Assembly (NCBI GenBank): GCA_951406725.2
Contig: OX597841.1
Span: 11,222,001 to 11,286,000 of the forward strand
DNA: 64,000 nucleotides
DNA from: Octopus vulgaris
Taxonomy: Eukaryota
Direction of reading: 5' to 3'
Positions 29,827-43,399 of the stretch are shown in pieces; within the stretch, counting starts at the first letter, position 1, and the number at the start of each line of letters is the position of its first letter. The translations under genes were made by a program, and so were the position numbers. Under the pieces are notes generated by a model. It saw nothing but the letters and a program-made list of their open reading frames with translations. It had not been told where the DNA came from and did no database searches.

Positions 29827-29971
29827 ATAAAGTTCCTAAAGCCCCCATCACCGTCTCCGGAGTTCCACATTCTCATCTTCAGGATGGAGGATTTTGGCGT
29901 GTGTTGCGGCTCCTTTCTATTCCACAGGAATAACGTTACAACTGGAAGTTGAAATAGTCACAGTTATATTT
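29827..29971 (-). repeat. 145-bp inverted repeat, right arm
   Basis: See 27890-28034. Confidence 0.95.
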
Positions 29972-30088
29972 ATTTTGATATCATTGTTAAAGAGGCTTGC
30001 TGTGTTGCCCATATATATTGAAATATACATGACAAAATATATATGTGTAGGTATATATGCAATTAACTCGCTCGCTCTCTCTCTCTCC

Positions 30089-30144
<56 letters not shown>

Positions 30145-30493
30145 GTAGATATATATATATGTATATACACACATGCACACATATACATATGTTCAATTAG
30201 AGGTTAAACTAGCCTCATTAAGGGATAATAATGTCCAATCAATTACTGGTTCATTACCTAATATTTGTTGTGAATAATGATAATAATATTAATAAATAAT
30301 AGGTTAGTATATAAAACATGGTTTATAGTTATTCAAAGAAAATTAAGAAATGGAGATAACGCATTTAATAAAAATATTTATTATCTGCAAAATTATATTT
30401 TGCAGACAATAAATATACTCATTAAATGCAATATCTCCATTTCTTTATCTTATATATATATACATACATACATACATACATACATACATACAT

Positions 30494-30613
<120 letters not shown>

Positions 30614-30799
30614 TATATATATATATGACTGACTGTTAACTCCAAAAGATTTTTTATTCTCTCTCTGTGTTCCTTTCTGTTGAAGAGCGTGGGCTCGAAA
30701 TGTAAAACACTTTCTCACCTTCCCTTGTGTCAAACTAATACACTTGCTGGTTGTTTATACACCTGTCTTCTTCGTCTTTTGTTTTTCTCTAATTTCAAC

Positions 30800-31397
<598 letters not shown>

Positions 31398-32176
31398 ATA
31401 TAATATTATTAGTGAAGGATTATCAATCGGGGCAAAATATTTTATTCATTCTGTTCGTACACCAGAGCTAACGATATTGTTTAGATTAGTAAAGAACTCC
31501 GCATATCTTTGCGCCAGGGTTTGAGGTTATAATTCATCGCCATTCCATATTGTAAATCCATGGATGTGTTCCATTTGGACTGGTTTCTACGCAGAGTGAT
31601 GTACGAGACTAAGCACAGATAATGGTAATTACATCGTTGCTTTGTTGTAGTAAATCTGACTCACACCCGTTTACGGTAGTCGTTATAGGTTCGTTATTGA
31701 TAGGAATACTCAACCGGTTGTGAAACATCGAACGACCCAGCAAATCAACGCTACTTTCATGAGTTATTTCTGGTTATGACCAAGCAGAACACTTAAGGAA
31801 TGGTACAAGGGGGGGGGGGGGCGATGAAAGGACATAAATATAAGCATAAATTAAGTGGAAGAGAAATGGAGAGGCAAGAAGAAGAGAAATGGAGAGGCAA
31901 GAAGAAGAGAAATGATGAATTGGAAAAGAGGGACTAAATCAGGGATTCTCAACCATTTAAAAAAAATTATCTGTGGACCCTTTTGATTACTATTTTATCC
32001 TGGTGCCCTCCCCCACCCATAGCCATTCGATTTTTAAAAATGAATTTTCCAGCTATTTCTTCTCAAATTCCTATTTTGGTCTTCACACATTCACTTGTGG
32101 ACGTTGAATTCTGTAAAATGTTAGAAAAAGAAACCCGGTCGTTTCTTGCAATACATACCAATACATACATCTAAAA

Positions 32177-33075
32177 CAGGGATTCTCCCCCACTTTTAAA
32201 AAATCTATGGACTCCATTGATTACCGTTTTATTCTGGTGGACCTTTTCATAGAAACTTCTTTCAAAATTCCTCTTCTACTTATCACACATTCACTTGTGA
32301 AGGTTGAATTCTGTAAAATGTTCAAGAAAGAAACCCAGGAGTGGCTGTGTGGTAAGTAGCTTGTTTACCAACCCCATGGTTCCGGGTTCATTCCTACTGC
32401 GTGGCACCTTGGGCAAGTGTCTTCTACTACAGCCTCGGGCCGACCAAAGCCTTGTAAGTGGATTTGGTAGGCGGAAACTGAAAGAAGCCCGTCGTATATA
32501 TGTATATATATATGAGTGTGTGTGTATCTGTGTTTGTCCCCCTAGCATTGCTTGACAACCGATGCTAGTGTGTTTATGTCCCCGTTAATTAGCGGTTCGG
32601 CAAAAGAGACCGATAGAATAAGTACTGGGCTTACAAAAGAATAAGTCCCGGGATCGAGTTGCTCGATTAAAGGCGGTGCTCCAGCATGGCCGCAGTCAAA
32701 TGACTGAAACAAGTAAAGAGTATTTCTTGCAGCACAAACCGGCAACATACATCTAAAGCAAACTTTTTTCAGGGACCCTTAAAATACCACACTAGATCCC
32801 TAATATGCTATATTGCTTGTGTGGACCTCTTTTATTCTGGTGGACCCCTATAGGCATTCTATGTTTAGTGGAAATTTCTTTCAAAATTCTTGTTTTGTAT
32901 TCTGCACATTCACTCGTATTCTTTGAACTGTGTAAAACACCAGAGAAAAATAAAATCTGGTTGCTTCTTGCAAAACATACCGGCCCTTAAAATACCATTG
33001 TGGATCCCTGATTTACTACCTTGTAACGTGGACCCCACCAAAATATCTTATCTGGACTCCGGCAGAGAATCACTG
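32177..33075. mobile_element. Non-autonomous hAT (Charlie-like) element with nested SINE A (32337-32720)
   Basis: TIRs CAGGGATTCTC / GAGAATCACTG; perfect 8-bp TSD ATCTAAAA (32169-32176 and 33076-33083); a related copy starts at 31940. Confidence 0.8.
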
Positions 33076-33257
33076 ATCTAAAAGGAAGAGGAAGAAATAG
33101 AAAGGATAGAGGAGGGGTGGCAAGTGATGGAAACGACAGATGATGGCCGAAATTGAGGAAGGGACAAGCTTAAAAAAATATTAGTGTTTGTAATTTCAAA
33201 CACGTTTTTATGACTGTCCAACCAATCTCTGGCCCTTCTTCTATCGCATGCTTCCTC

Positions 33258-33322
33258 TCCGTGTTTCAAGACGGGTCGGGTAGGTTGCCGATGCTCGTCG
33301 CTGACCGGCGGCAGCGGGCGGC
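33258..33322 (-). pseudogene. 28S (LSU) rRNA fragment
   Basis: Minus strand contains ACCCGACCCGTCTTGAAACACGGA, the conserved eukaryotic LSU segment after expansion segment D2, preceded by GC-rich D2-like sequence. Confidence 0.8.
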
Positions 33323-33454
33323 TTTTCGGGTGGGGTCTTTCTATTCCTTTCTCTCTTACTTTCTTTTCTTATCTTTCCTGTAAACCTTCCTTTCATTACG
33401 TATTTTATACATACAAAAAGAAATCTTGACCCTGTTAATTTTTATATAGCAGAA

Positions 33455-33835
33455 AGCTGGTGAGCGGGCAGAAACGTTAGCGCGCCGGGCGAAATACTTA
33501 GCGGTATTTCGTTTGCCGCTACGTTCTGAGTTCAAATTCCGCCGAGGACGACTTTGCCTTTCATCCTTTCGGGTTCGATAAATTAAGTACCAGTTACGCA
33601 CTGAGGTCGATGTAATCGACTTAATCCGTTTTTCTGTCCTTGTTTGTCTCCTCTGTGTTTAGCCCCTTGTGGGTAGTAAAGAAATAGGTATTTCGTCTGT
33701 TCTGAGTTCAAATTCCACCAAAGTCAACTTATTCCTTTCAGGGTCGATAAATTAAGTACCATTTGGTTACTGAGGTCGATCTAATCGACTGGTCCCCTTC
33801 CCCCAAATTTCGGGCCTTGGGCTTACATTAGAAAA
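33455..33835 (+). mobile_element. tRNA-derived SINE (family D) with partial duplication
   Basis: GAGTTCAAATTCC B-box; GCCTTTCATCCTTTCGGG..GATAAATTAAGTACCAG core; other copies at ~1528-1645 and 47828-48045 (-). Confidence 0.8.
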
Positions 33836-34207
33836 TAATTTTTATATAGCAACAATCAAATATTTATATTTATTTTGACACAAACATCGAATCAAATGCT
33901 TCCATTTTCATCCCTTTTCATTTTCCGTTTTTTTTATTATTCTTTTAAAGAGTCTCCAGTGTTATTCAGCAATCTTTCTTTTCGACAACGGGAAATGTAA
34001 AACTCCGAGTAAACGAAAGGTGAAATTTCACTTTAATAAACGCCATATGTTTCCGTACTCTACGCTGAGTACCGAATAGACTTTCGTTTTTCGTCTTGTC
34101 TTCTTTACTCATAACTTTGCAGTCAATTCTGTCTACGCATGCGGTTAACTGTGTCCGCATGGGATACGTCTAATATATATGTATGTACGTAGATACGTAA
34201 ATAATTA

Positions 34208-34267
<60 letters not shown>

Positions 34268-34268
<1 letters not shown>

Positions 34269-34485
34269 TGTGAATCCAAACATGAAAACACAAAGAGAAA
34301 ACACAACAACGCGAGGACGTGGAACAAATATCGTATTATTGGACGCTCAGGAAGGAAGGGAAGAAGGAGGGTTTTACGTTTCGAGCGGAGCTCTTCGTCG
34401 GAAACATAGGAAAAGGAAAGATCCAAAGAAGGGAAGACGGAGGAAAAAAAATCGCCAACGGTACACACGCGGTCACATTTTGAAT
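34268..34485 (-). mobile_element. Short (TA)n-anchored element with CCGACGAA hammerhead variant
   Basis: Minus 34371-34405: gttt-CCGACGAA-gagctccgctc-GAAA-cg-TA-aaac. Confidence 0.7.
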
Positions 34486-34502
34486 ATATATATATACTCT
34501 TT

Positions 34503-34550
<48 letters not shown>

Positions 34551-34872
34551 GCAGACGCTTACACACGTCTCTATGTGGATGATATTGCCCAGCTGTCGTC
34601 CCATATAGAATTATATTTGTTGCCGCAAACGACTTCTGTACATCTGTCTGATGACAGCGCATAAACAGCTGACGCCCGCCACACGTCCAAGAGTATTTCC
34701 ACACGGAAATATTGATTAATGACATCAATTAGGGAAAATTGCCAATTAAATTTTATTCGTACTTGCTTCGCTTTGTGTTCCTAGGTAGATATGTGCTTAT
34801 TTGCATAAATTGTGTATGTGTTTATGTATGTTGCGAGTATGAGTGTTGCGCGCGCGTGTATATACATATATA

Positions 34873-34928
<56 letters not shown>

Positions 34929-35023
34929 TATGTAGACGCACATACCCCTTCTCACATATATGTACAGCTAAATATTTTGATCTTCATACATACATACATA
35001 CATACATACATACATACATACAT

Positions 35024-35067
<44 letters not shown>

Positions 35068-36000
35068 TAAAATAGGGTCATAATAAATTATTATTACCAG
35101 TGGCCTAGCACAAAAAACGAATTAGTCATTAGACTATATATTATTCATATAGAAATACAATAAGAGCCTATTATTGTATTTATATATATATATGTATATA
35201 TATATATATACACTCACATGCACATGCACACACACTCACACACACACACACACACACACACATAGACATATCGTTTATCTTTCACTTGCCTCAGTCATTT
35301 GACTCCAGCATTGATGGAGCAACGCCTCAAAGGGTTTTTTTTAAAGCCTTCTACTATTTCTATCGGTGCCTTTTGCCGAACCGCTAAGCTACGACGACGA
35401 AAACACACGATACCGGTTGTCAAGCAGTGACGGGGGAAAACAGAAAGACAGACAGACAGACAGACAGACACACACACACATATATATATACATCGGGCTT
35501 CTTTACAGTTTCCGTTTAACAAATGTACTCATAAGGCTTTCCTCAGCACGATGCGATAGTGGAAGACACGTGCCTACATTGCCGCAAACTGGGACTGAAC
35601 TAGGATTCATGAGGTTTCGAAGCAAGCTTCTTACCACATAGCCACGCACACATATCTTATTGTGCCATTAAACTGTGGCCATGCTGGGGCACAGTCTTGA
35701 AAAAATTTTAGTGAGATGAATCGATTCCAATACTTATTTGTCTTTAACCTGCTACTTTTTCTATCGGTCTCTGTTGCCGAACCACTAAGTCACGGGGATG
35801 TAAGCACCCCAGCACTGGTTTTCAAATATGGAGGACAAAATCAGACGCAAAAACAAACACTCGCAAAATCGCCAGTCCAACAAAATAATCCGTTTCGCCA
35901 ATTAATTGGAGTTCCCGATAATCCGTAGGTAAAAGAGTATGTATTTTATCGGATTAACGATTATGGATTAAATACTCGTAGTACACACATATATCTAAAA

Positions 36001-36210
36001 GGGGTACTGAAAAGATCCTGGATTTCGGTAAAGAAATAAATACAGGGGTATCAGCTAATTATGATTTTATGCAACATGTACCCCTCTCATATTCACACAC
36101 TTATTGCAGCGACCCTTCATTTCTTCGAAGTCCTGTAAAGGAACTCGGAAGATTTAGTCTACGACTGGGCCTTTTGCAAAACTCTTAATGCCAGGAACTT
36201 TTCAGCACCC
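36001..36210. mobile_element. Mariner-type MITE
   Basis: TIRs GGGTACTGAAAAGATCCTGG / CCAGGAACTTTTCAGCACCC. Confidence 0.7.
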
Positions 36211-36298
36211 AGGGGTACATACGGGTGGATGGACAAAAGAACGAGGGACTCAACACATTTTATAGATTATGTACGATTAATTGAAAACAATATGAACA

Positions 36299-36717
36299 AG
36301 GCGCAGGAGTGGCTGTGTGGTAAGTAGCTTACTTACCAACCACATGGTTCCGGGTTCAGTCCCACAGCGTGGCATCTTGGGCAAGTGTCTTCTACTATTG
36401 CCTCTGGCCGACCAAAGCCTTGTGAGTGGATTTGGTAGACGGAAACTGAAAGAAGCCTGTTGTGTATATGTGTATGTATATATATATGTATGTGTGTGTA
36501 TGTGTCTGTGTTTGTCCCCACACCATCGCTTGACAACCAATGCTGGTGTGTTTACGTCCCCGTCACTTAGCGGTTCGGCAAAAAGAGACCGATAGAATAA
36601 GTACTGGGCTTACAAAGAATAAGTCCCGGGGTCGATTTGCTCGACTAAAGGCGGTGCTCCAGCATGGCCGCAGTCAAATGACTGAAACAAGTAAAAGAGT
36701 AAAAGAGTAAAGAGTAA
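36299..36717 (+). mobile_element. SINE family A, full length
   Basis: Matches the family consensus end to end. Confidence 0.9.
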
Positions 36718-37036
36718 GAGGAGTCAGAGAGTGCAAACCTCGGCCAAGGCAACACCAACGACCTCTCAACGATTAACCGGAGATGGTTTTTAAAATGAGA
36801 ATATCTGAAATAAACTCGACTGCTCTCACAAATGAGAATACTAAAAAGGAACCCGACCACTCTCAAAAATTAAGCAAAAGAACAGGAAAAATATTCCAGA
36901 ATGCATGTACGGTTCCGGATCGATCCCAAAATCTAATTCGTTTGTGCCAGTCACGAGGCCAAACATCCCTGAAAGTTTCATTCGAATCCATCCAGCGGTT
37001 CTTGAGATATCTTGTCCACGGGCAAACAAACAAACG
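36718..37036. mobile_element. Helentron/DINE-like non-autonomous element (partial)
   Basis: AACCTCGGCCAAGGC subterminal motif, AAAGTTTCAT...ATCCATCCAGCGGTTCTTGAGATATC core and (CAAA)n, typical of DINE/HINE elements. Confidence 0.5.
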
Positions 37037-37037
37037 T

Positions 37038-38497
37038 ACGACGGGCTTCTTTCAGTTTCCGTCTACCAAATCCACTCACAAAGCTTTGGTCGGCCCGAGG
37101 CTATAGCAGAAGACACTTGCCCAAGATGCCACGCAGTGGGACTGAACCCGGAACCATGTGGTTGGTTAGCAAGCTACTTACCACACAGCCACTCCTGTGC
37201 CTATATATATATATACATATATACGACGGGCTTCTTTCAGTTTCCGTCTACCAAATCCACTCACAAGGCTTTGGTCGGCCCGAGGCTATAGCAGAAGACA
37301 CTTGCCCAAGATGCCACGCAGTGGGCCTGAACCCAGAACCATGTGGTTGGTTAGCAAGCTACTTACCACACAGCCACTCCTGCGCCTATATATATATACA
37401 TATATACGACGGGCTTCTTTCAGTTTCCGTCTACCAAATCCACTCACAAGGCTTTGGTCGGCCCGAGGCTATAGCAGAAGACACTTGCCCAAGATGCCAC
37501 GCAGTGGCCTGAACCCGGAACAATGTGGTTGGTTAGCAAGCTACTTACCACACAGCCACTCCTGTGCCTATATATATATACATATACATATATACGACGG
37601 GCTTCTTTCAGTTTCCGTCTACCAAATCCACTCACAAGGCTTTGGTCGGCCCGAGGCTATAGTAGAAGACACTTGCCCAAGATGCCACGCAGTGGGACTG
37701 AACCCGGAACCATGTGGTTGGTTAGCAAGCTACTTACCACACAGCCACTCCTGCGCCTATATATATATACATATATACGACGGGCTTCTTTCAGTTTCCG
37801 TCTACCAAATCCACTCACAAGGCTTTGGTCGGCCCGAGGCTATAGCAGAAGACACTTGCCCAAGATGCCACGCAGTGGGACTGAACCCAGAACAATGTGG
37901 TTGGTTAGCAAGCTACTTACCACACAGCCACTCCTGCGCCTATATATATATACATATATACGACGGGCTTCTTTCAGTTTCCGTCTACCAAATCCACTCA
38001 CAAGGCTTTGGTCGGCCCGAGGCTATAGTAGAAGACACTTGCCCAAGATGCCACGCAGTGGGCCTGAACCCGGAACCATGTGGTTGGTTAGCAAGCTACT
38101 TACCACACAGCCACTCCTGCGCCTATATATATATACATATATACGACGGGCTTCTTTCAGTTTCCGTCTACCAAATCCACTCACAAGGCTTTGGTCGGCC
38201 CGAGGCTATAGCAGAAGACACTTGCCCAAGATGCCACGCAGTGGGACTGAACCCGGAACCATGTGGTTGGTTAGCAAGCTACTTACCACACAGCCACTCC
38301 TGCGCCTATATATATATATATATATATATATACGACGGGCTTCTTTCAGTTTCCGTCTACCAAATCCACTCACAAGGCTTTGGTCGGCCCGAGGCTATAG
38401 CAGAAGACACTTGCCCAAGATGCCACGCAGTGGGACTGAACCCGGAACCATGTGGTTGGTTAGCAAGCTACTTACCACACAGCCACTCCTGCGCCTA
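37038..38497 (-). repeat. Tandem array of eight SINE A 5' halves (~183-189 bp period)
   Basis: ACGACGGGCTTCTTTCAG starts at ~37038, 37222, 37406, 37594, 37777, 37960, 38143 and 38332. Confidence 0.95.
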
Positions 38498-38514
38498 TAT
38501 ATATATATATATAT

Positions 38515-40535
38515 ATAATTTCAACAATTGAGGGTAATATTAATTAATTAATTATCAATCAATTTCACCAAGTGTTCAGTATGTAAAGGGACCATTTAAG
38601 GCGAATTCAAATTATTACATTATATAAAAGGGCTTAGTAAAATAAATTACTTTGCCACATACTGAACTCATTAGAAATAGCAGCTAAAAAAAAACTTTTT
38701 TAAAACTATTTCTAATACTTAAAGAAAACCTCTCTCATATAGTGTTTGCTCAATTCAACTCACGAAAGTATGGGGGTAAAGACATTAAAAAATCAGATGC
38801 AAAGGTTATTTGAGAACGTACGTTTCAAGATTAGTCAAACTCGACACTTCTATCATCAGCTCAGAATTCCTTGGTTTGGATTTGAAAACACTGAAAGTGG
38901 GAGCATACCTTTTCGGCTTCTTATCGCTTCTGAAGATCTGCTCGAAACTAACAGTGCCAGCATACCCAAAAAATGCAAGCGAAGAATTTCTGCTCTCCCC
39001 TTTCCACCAGCGTGGGTTAAAATCAGCAAACGCTAAGCTTTTTCGGTAAATCCGAAACATTAAATAGAGAGAGATGAATTATAATTTCAACAATTGAGGG
39101 TAAAATTAATTAATTAATTATCAATCAATTTCACCAAGTGTTCAGTATGTAAAGGGACCATTTAAGGCGAATTCAAATTATTACATTATATAAAAGGGCT
39201 TAGTAAAATAAATTACTTTGCCACATACTGAACTCATTAGAAATAGCAGCCAAAAAAAAAAACTTTTTTAAAACTATTTCTAATACTTAAAGAAAATCTC
39301 TCTCATATAGTGTTTGCTCAATTCAACTCACGAAAGTATGGGGGTAAAGACATTAAAAAATCAGATGCAAAGGTTATTTGAGAACGTACGTTTCAAGATT
39401 AGTCAAAGTCGACATTTCTATCTTCAGCTCAGAATTCCTTGGTTTGGATTTGAAAACACTGAAAGTGGGAGCATACCTTTTCGGCATCCTATCGCTTCCG
39501 AAGATCTGCTCGAAACTAACAGTGCCAGCATACCCAAAAAATGCAAGCCAAGAATTTCTGCTCTCCCCTTTCCACAGGGGAGAGCAGAAATTCTTCGCTT
39601 GCATATTTTGGAGTGTGCTGGCTCTGTTAGTTTCGAGCAGATCTTCGGAAGCGATAAGAAGCCGAAAGGGTATGCTCCCACTTTCAGTGTTTTCAAATCC
39701 AAACCAAGGAATTCTGAGCTGATGATAGAAATGTCGAGTTTGACTAATCTTGAAACGTACGTTCTCAAATAACCTTTGCATCTGATTTTTTAATGTCTTT
39801 ACCCCCATACTTTCGTGAGTTGAATTGAGCAAACACTATATGAGAGAGATTTTCTTTAAGTATTAGAAATAGTTTTAAAAAAGTTTTTTTTTGGCTGCTA
39901 TTTCTAATGAGTTCAGTATGTGGCAAAGTAATTTATTTTACTAAGCCCTTTTATATAATGTAATAATTTGAATTCGCCTTAAATGGTCCCTTTACATACT
40001 GAACACTTGGTGAAATTGATTGATAATTAATTAATTAATATTACCCTCAATTGTTGAAATTATAATTCATCTCTCTATTTAATATTTAATGTTTCGGATT
40101 TACCGAAAAAGCATAGCGTTTGCTGATTTTAACCCATGCTGGTGGAAAGGGGAGAGCAGAAATTCTTCGCTTGCATTTTTTGGGTATGCTGACACTGTTA
40201 GTTTCGAGCAGATCTTCAGAAGCGATAGGATGCCGAAAGGGTATGCTCCCACTTTCAGTGTTTTCAAATCCAAACCAAGGAATTCTGAGCTGAAGATAGA
40301 AATGTCGACTTTGACTAATCTTGAAACGTACGTTCTCAAATAACCTTTGCATCTGATTTTTTAATGTCTTTACCCCCATACTTTCGTGAGTTGAATTGAG
40401 CAAACACTATATGAGAGAGATTTTCTTTAAGTATTAGAAATAGTTTTAAAAAAGTTTTTTTTTTTTTTGGCTGCTATTTCTAATGAGTTCAGTATGTGGC
40501 AAAGTAATTTATTTTACTAAGCCCTTTTATATAAT
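38515..40535. mobile_element. Four ~570-bp hammerhead-bearing units: tandem pair plus inverted tandem pair (retrozyme/PLE-pLTR-like)
   Basis: Inversion centre at 39570-39575; hammerheads tgag-CTGA(T/A)GA-stem II-GAAA-CGTACG-TT-ctca at 38811-38863 (-), 39379-39431 (-), 39715-39767 (+) and 40286-40338 (+); (TA)n on both sides. Confidence 0.85.
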
Positions 40536-40941
40536 ATATATATATATATATATATCGTGAATATAACTTGGTCGCAACACCTGATCTCTGACGGATGAGA
40601 GACTAGCTTTCCAGGAGAAAAAATAAAATGGCAACATTTACAATTGCTGTTTCCTGCTTGTTGCTGATTTAGAAGCCACTTGTTTGTAATCGGTAACCCA
40701 TCCAACGAGTAAATAAGTATTGTACGGTTCGATTCTGGTGGCGCAAACAATGCTTTTCTGCCATACGGTTAAACTCTACACGTCAACAAACACACTAACA
40801 CATACACACACACATGCGGATTATACACATATGTATTTATACATACATGCATTCATATATATACATGCATACACCTCTAATTTCAGTATGAGGCACATTC
40901 TGTTCTCTTTGTTGGAATGTCTATATTTACACACAGATACG

Positions 40942-40997
<56 letters not shown>

Positions 40998-41010
40998 CAC
41001 ACACACATAT

Positions 41011-41041
<31 letters not shown>

Positions 41042-41147
41042 CATACATACATATATATACATATATATATATATATACATATATATATATGTATATATAT
41101 GTATGTATGTATATATATATATGTATATATATATATGTGTGTGTGTA

Positions 41148-41181
<34 letters not shown>

Positions 41182-41245
41182 CATACATACATATATATAC
41201 ATATATATATATATATACATATATATATATGTATATATATGTATG

Positions 41246-41319
<74 letters not shown>

Positions 41320-41384
41320 TATATACATATATATATATATATACATACATGCATACATACACACACGCACACACTCACACACTG

Positions 41385-41422
<38 letters not shown>

Positions 41423-42260
41423 TACGTACATACAAATGCGCGCATATATATATTTTTTAACACATTCGTATACGCTATACTTACTGACACATGCGCACAC
41501 AGACAAACACATAAACACACACAACGCGACAAAAATAGATAAATATATATATATACATATATGTATACATATATATATATACACATATATATGTAGATAT
41601 ATACAAATCATGTATACATACATACATACATACAAATATATATATATACATACATATATACATACATACATACATAAAATACACACACATATAGTAGTTT
41701 AGTAGTTTTTAGAGCTAATTAGGAGTAATTATCTGGATTCCTCTCACTCCAATAATGAAATGAAAACCCAATCAACTAATTCAAAGAAGCAGACGACATT
41801 AACGCTAGCATCCATTCTAACGAATTTAGTAGGCAAATAAATGTACAAAACCTCATAAAAATACATTAACAAGTGTGTAGAACGACTCTATACACCTTAA
41901 TATAACAACAACAACGACTATATCGACATTAATTACGTCAAAACTTTAAAAATTCCCCAATCTTCATTGGTTGTTAAATATGCGAGCAGCGTAATGGCTG
42001 CAGTGATTTGATAAAGATGACGTGAAGAGGTGATGGCGGGTGCTGCTTTAAGGTCAAGGAATGTTTAGAAGTGATGGAAGGCGGTGAAGAGAGAAAGTGG
42101 GGTGACTTCTTCTCTTCTTTTTTTTTAGGAAGATTAGATGCTAACGGTTCACTTAATAAATCTGTCAGGGTGAGAGTGTAAATTGATTTTTGCCTTTTAG
42201 CTTGTTTATTTAGTGCGTGAATGTGTGCGCGCGTGTATATAATGTATATACATACATATG

Positions 42261-42367
<107 letters not shown>

Positions 42368-42452
42368 ATGTGTGTGTGTGTGTGTACACCCTCACTCGCA
42401 CCTATATATCTGTGTCTATGAGAACATACACAGATATATATATATTCTTTTA

Positions 42453-42880
42453 TTCTTTTATTCTCTTATTTGGTTCAGTCATTTGACTGCGGCCATGCTG
42501 GAGTACCATGTTGAAAGGTTTCAGTCGAACAAATTGACCCCAGAACTTATTCTTTGTAAACCTAGTACTTACTCTATCGCCCTCTTTCTCCAAACTGCTA
42601 TGTTACGGGGACGTAAACACACCAGCATCGGTTGTCAAGCGATGTTGGGGTGACAAACACAGACGCACACAGACACACACAAACACACATGTATATATAC
42701 ACACACACACACACATATATACGACGGGCTTCTTTCAGTTTCCGTCTACTAAATCCACTCACAAGGCTTTGGTCGGCCCGAGGCTTTAGTAGAAGACACT
42801 TTCCCTAAGTGCAATACAGTGGGACTGAACCCGGGACCATGAGGCTGGGAAGTAAGCTTCTTACCACACAGCCATACCTG
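42453..42880 (-). mobile_element. SINE family A (older copy)
   Basis: Diverged full-length copy; a further head lies at ~43095-43250. Confidence 0.8.
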
Positions 42881-42885
42881 CATCT

Positions 42886-42923
<38 letters not shown>

Positions 42924-43013
42924 CACACACACACACACACACACACAAATGCACACACACACACACATTCACTTATAATACATACATACATACATACATA
43001 TATACACACACAT

Positions 43014-43084
<71 letters not shown>

Positions 43085-43399
43085 AATATACAAATGACAG
43101 GCTTCTTTCTGTTTCCGTGTATCAAGTCCACTGACAAGGGTCTGGTACACCTGAGCCGGTAGAAGGCACTTGCCTAAGGTGCCACACAGTGGGACTGAAC
43201 TAGGAACCATGTGGTTGGGAAGCAAGCTTCTTACCACGGGGCCATGCTTGCGGTAAGAGTATCAGGACATCTACATTGCTAGAAACAAAAGCTAAACTGC
43301 TTTAATGCTTGAGGTAAAGAACATAATTTTGTACATATATACTCATAGGGACTTCAATCATCCTGAACAGCGATCGAGAATTCTTTGCTAAAAAATATT

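Noticed and set aside
27890-29971. Pack-type transposon that captured the exon
   Set aside because: The mariner remnant is collinear on both sides of the left arm and there is no TSD.
34648-34725. CTGATGA...GAAA as a hammerhead
   Set aside because: No valid UH cleavage site and stem II does not close at GAAA.
37012-38531. 331-444 aa repetitive ORFs
   Set aside because: Antisense read-through of tandem SINE heads.
38746-40403. 79-152 aa ORFs in the four-unit array
   Set aside because: Non-ATG starts, no recognisable motifs, variable ends between copies.
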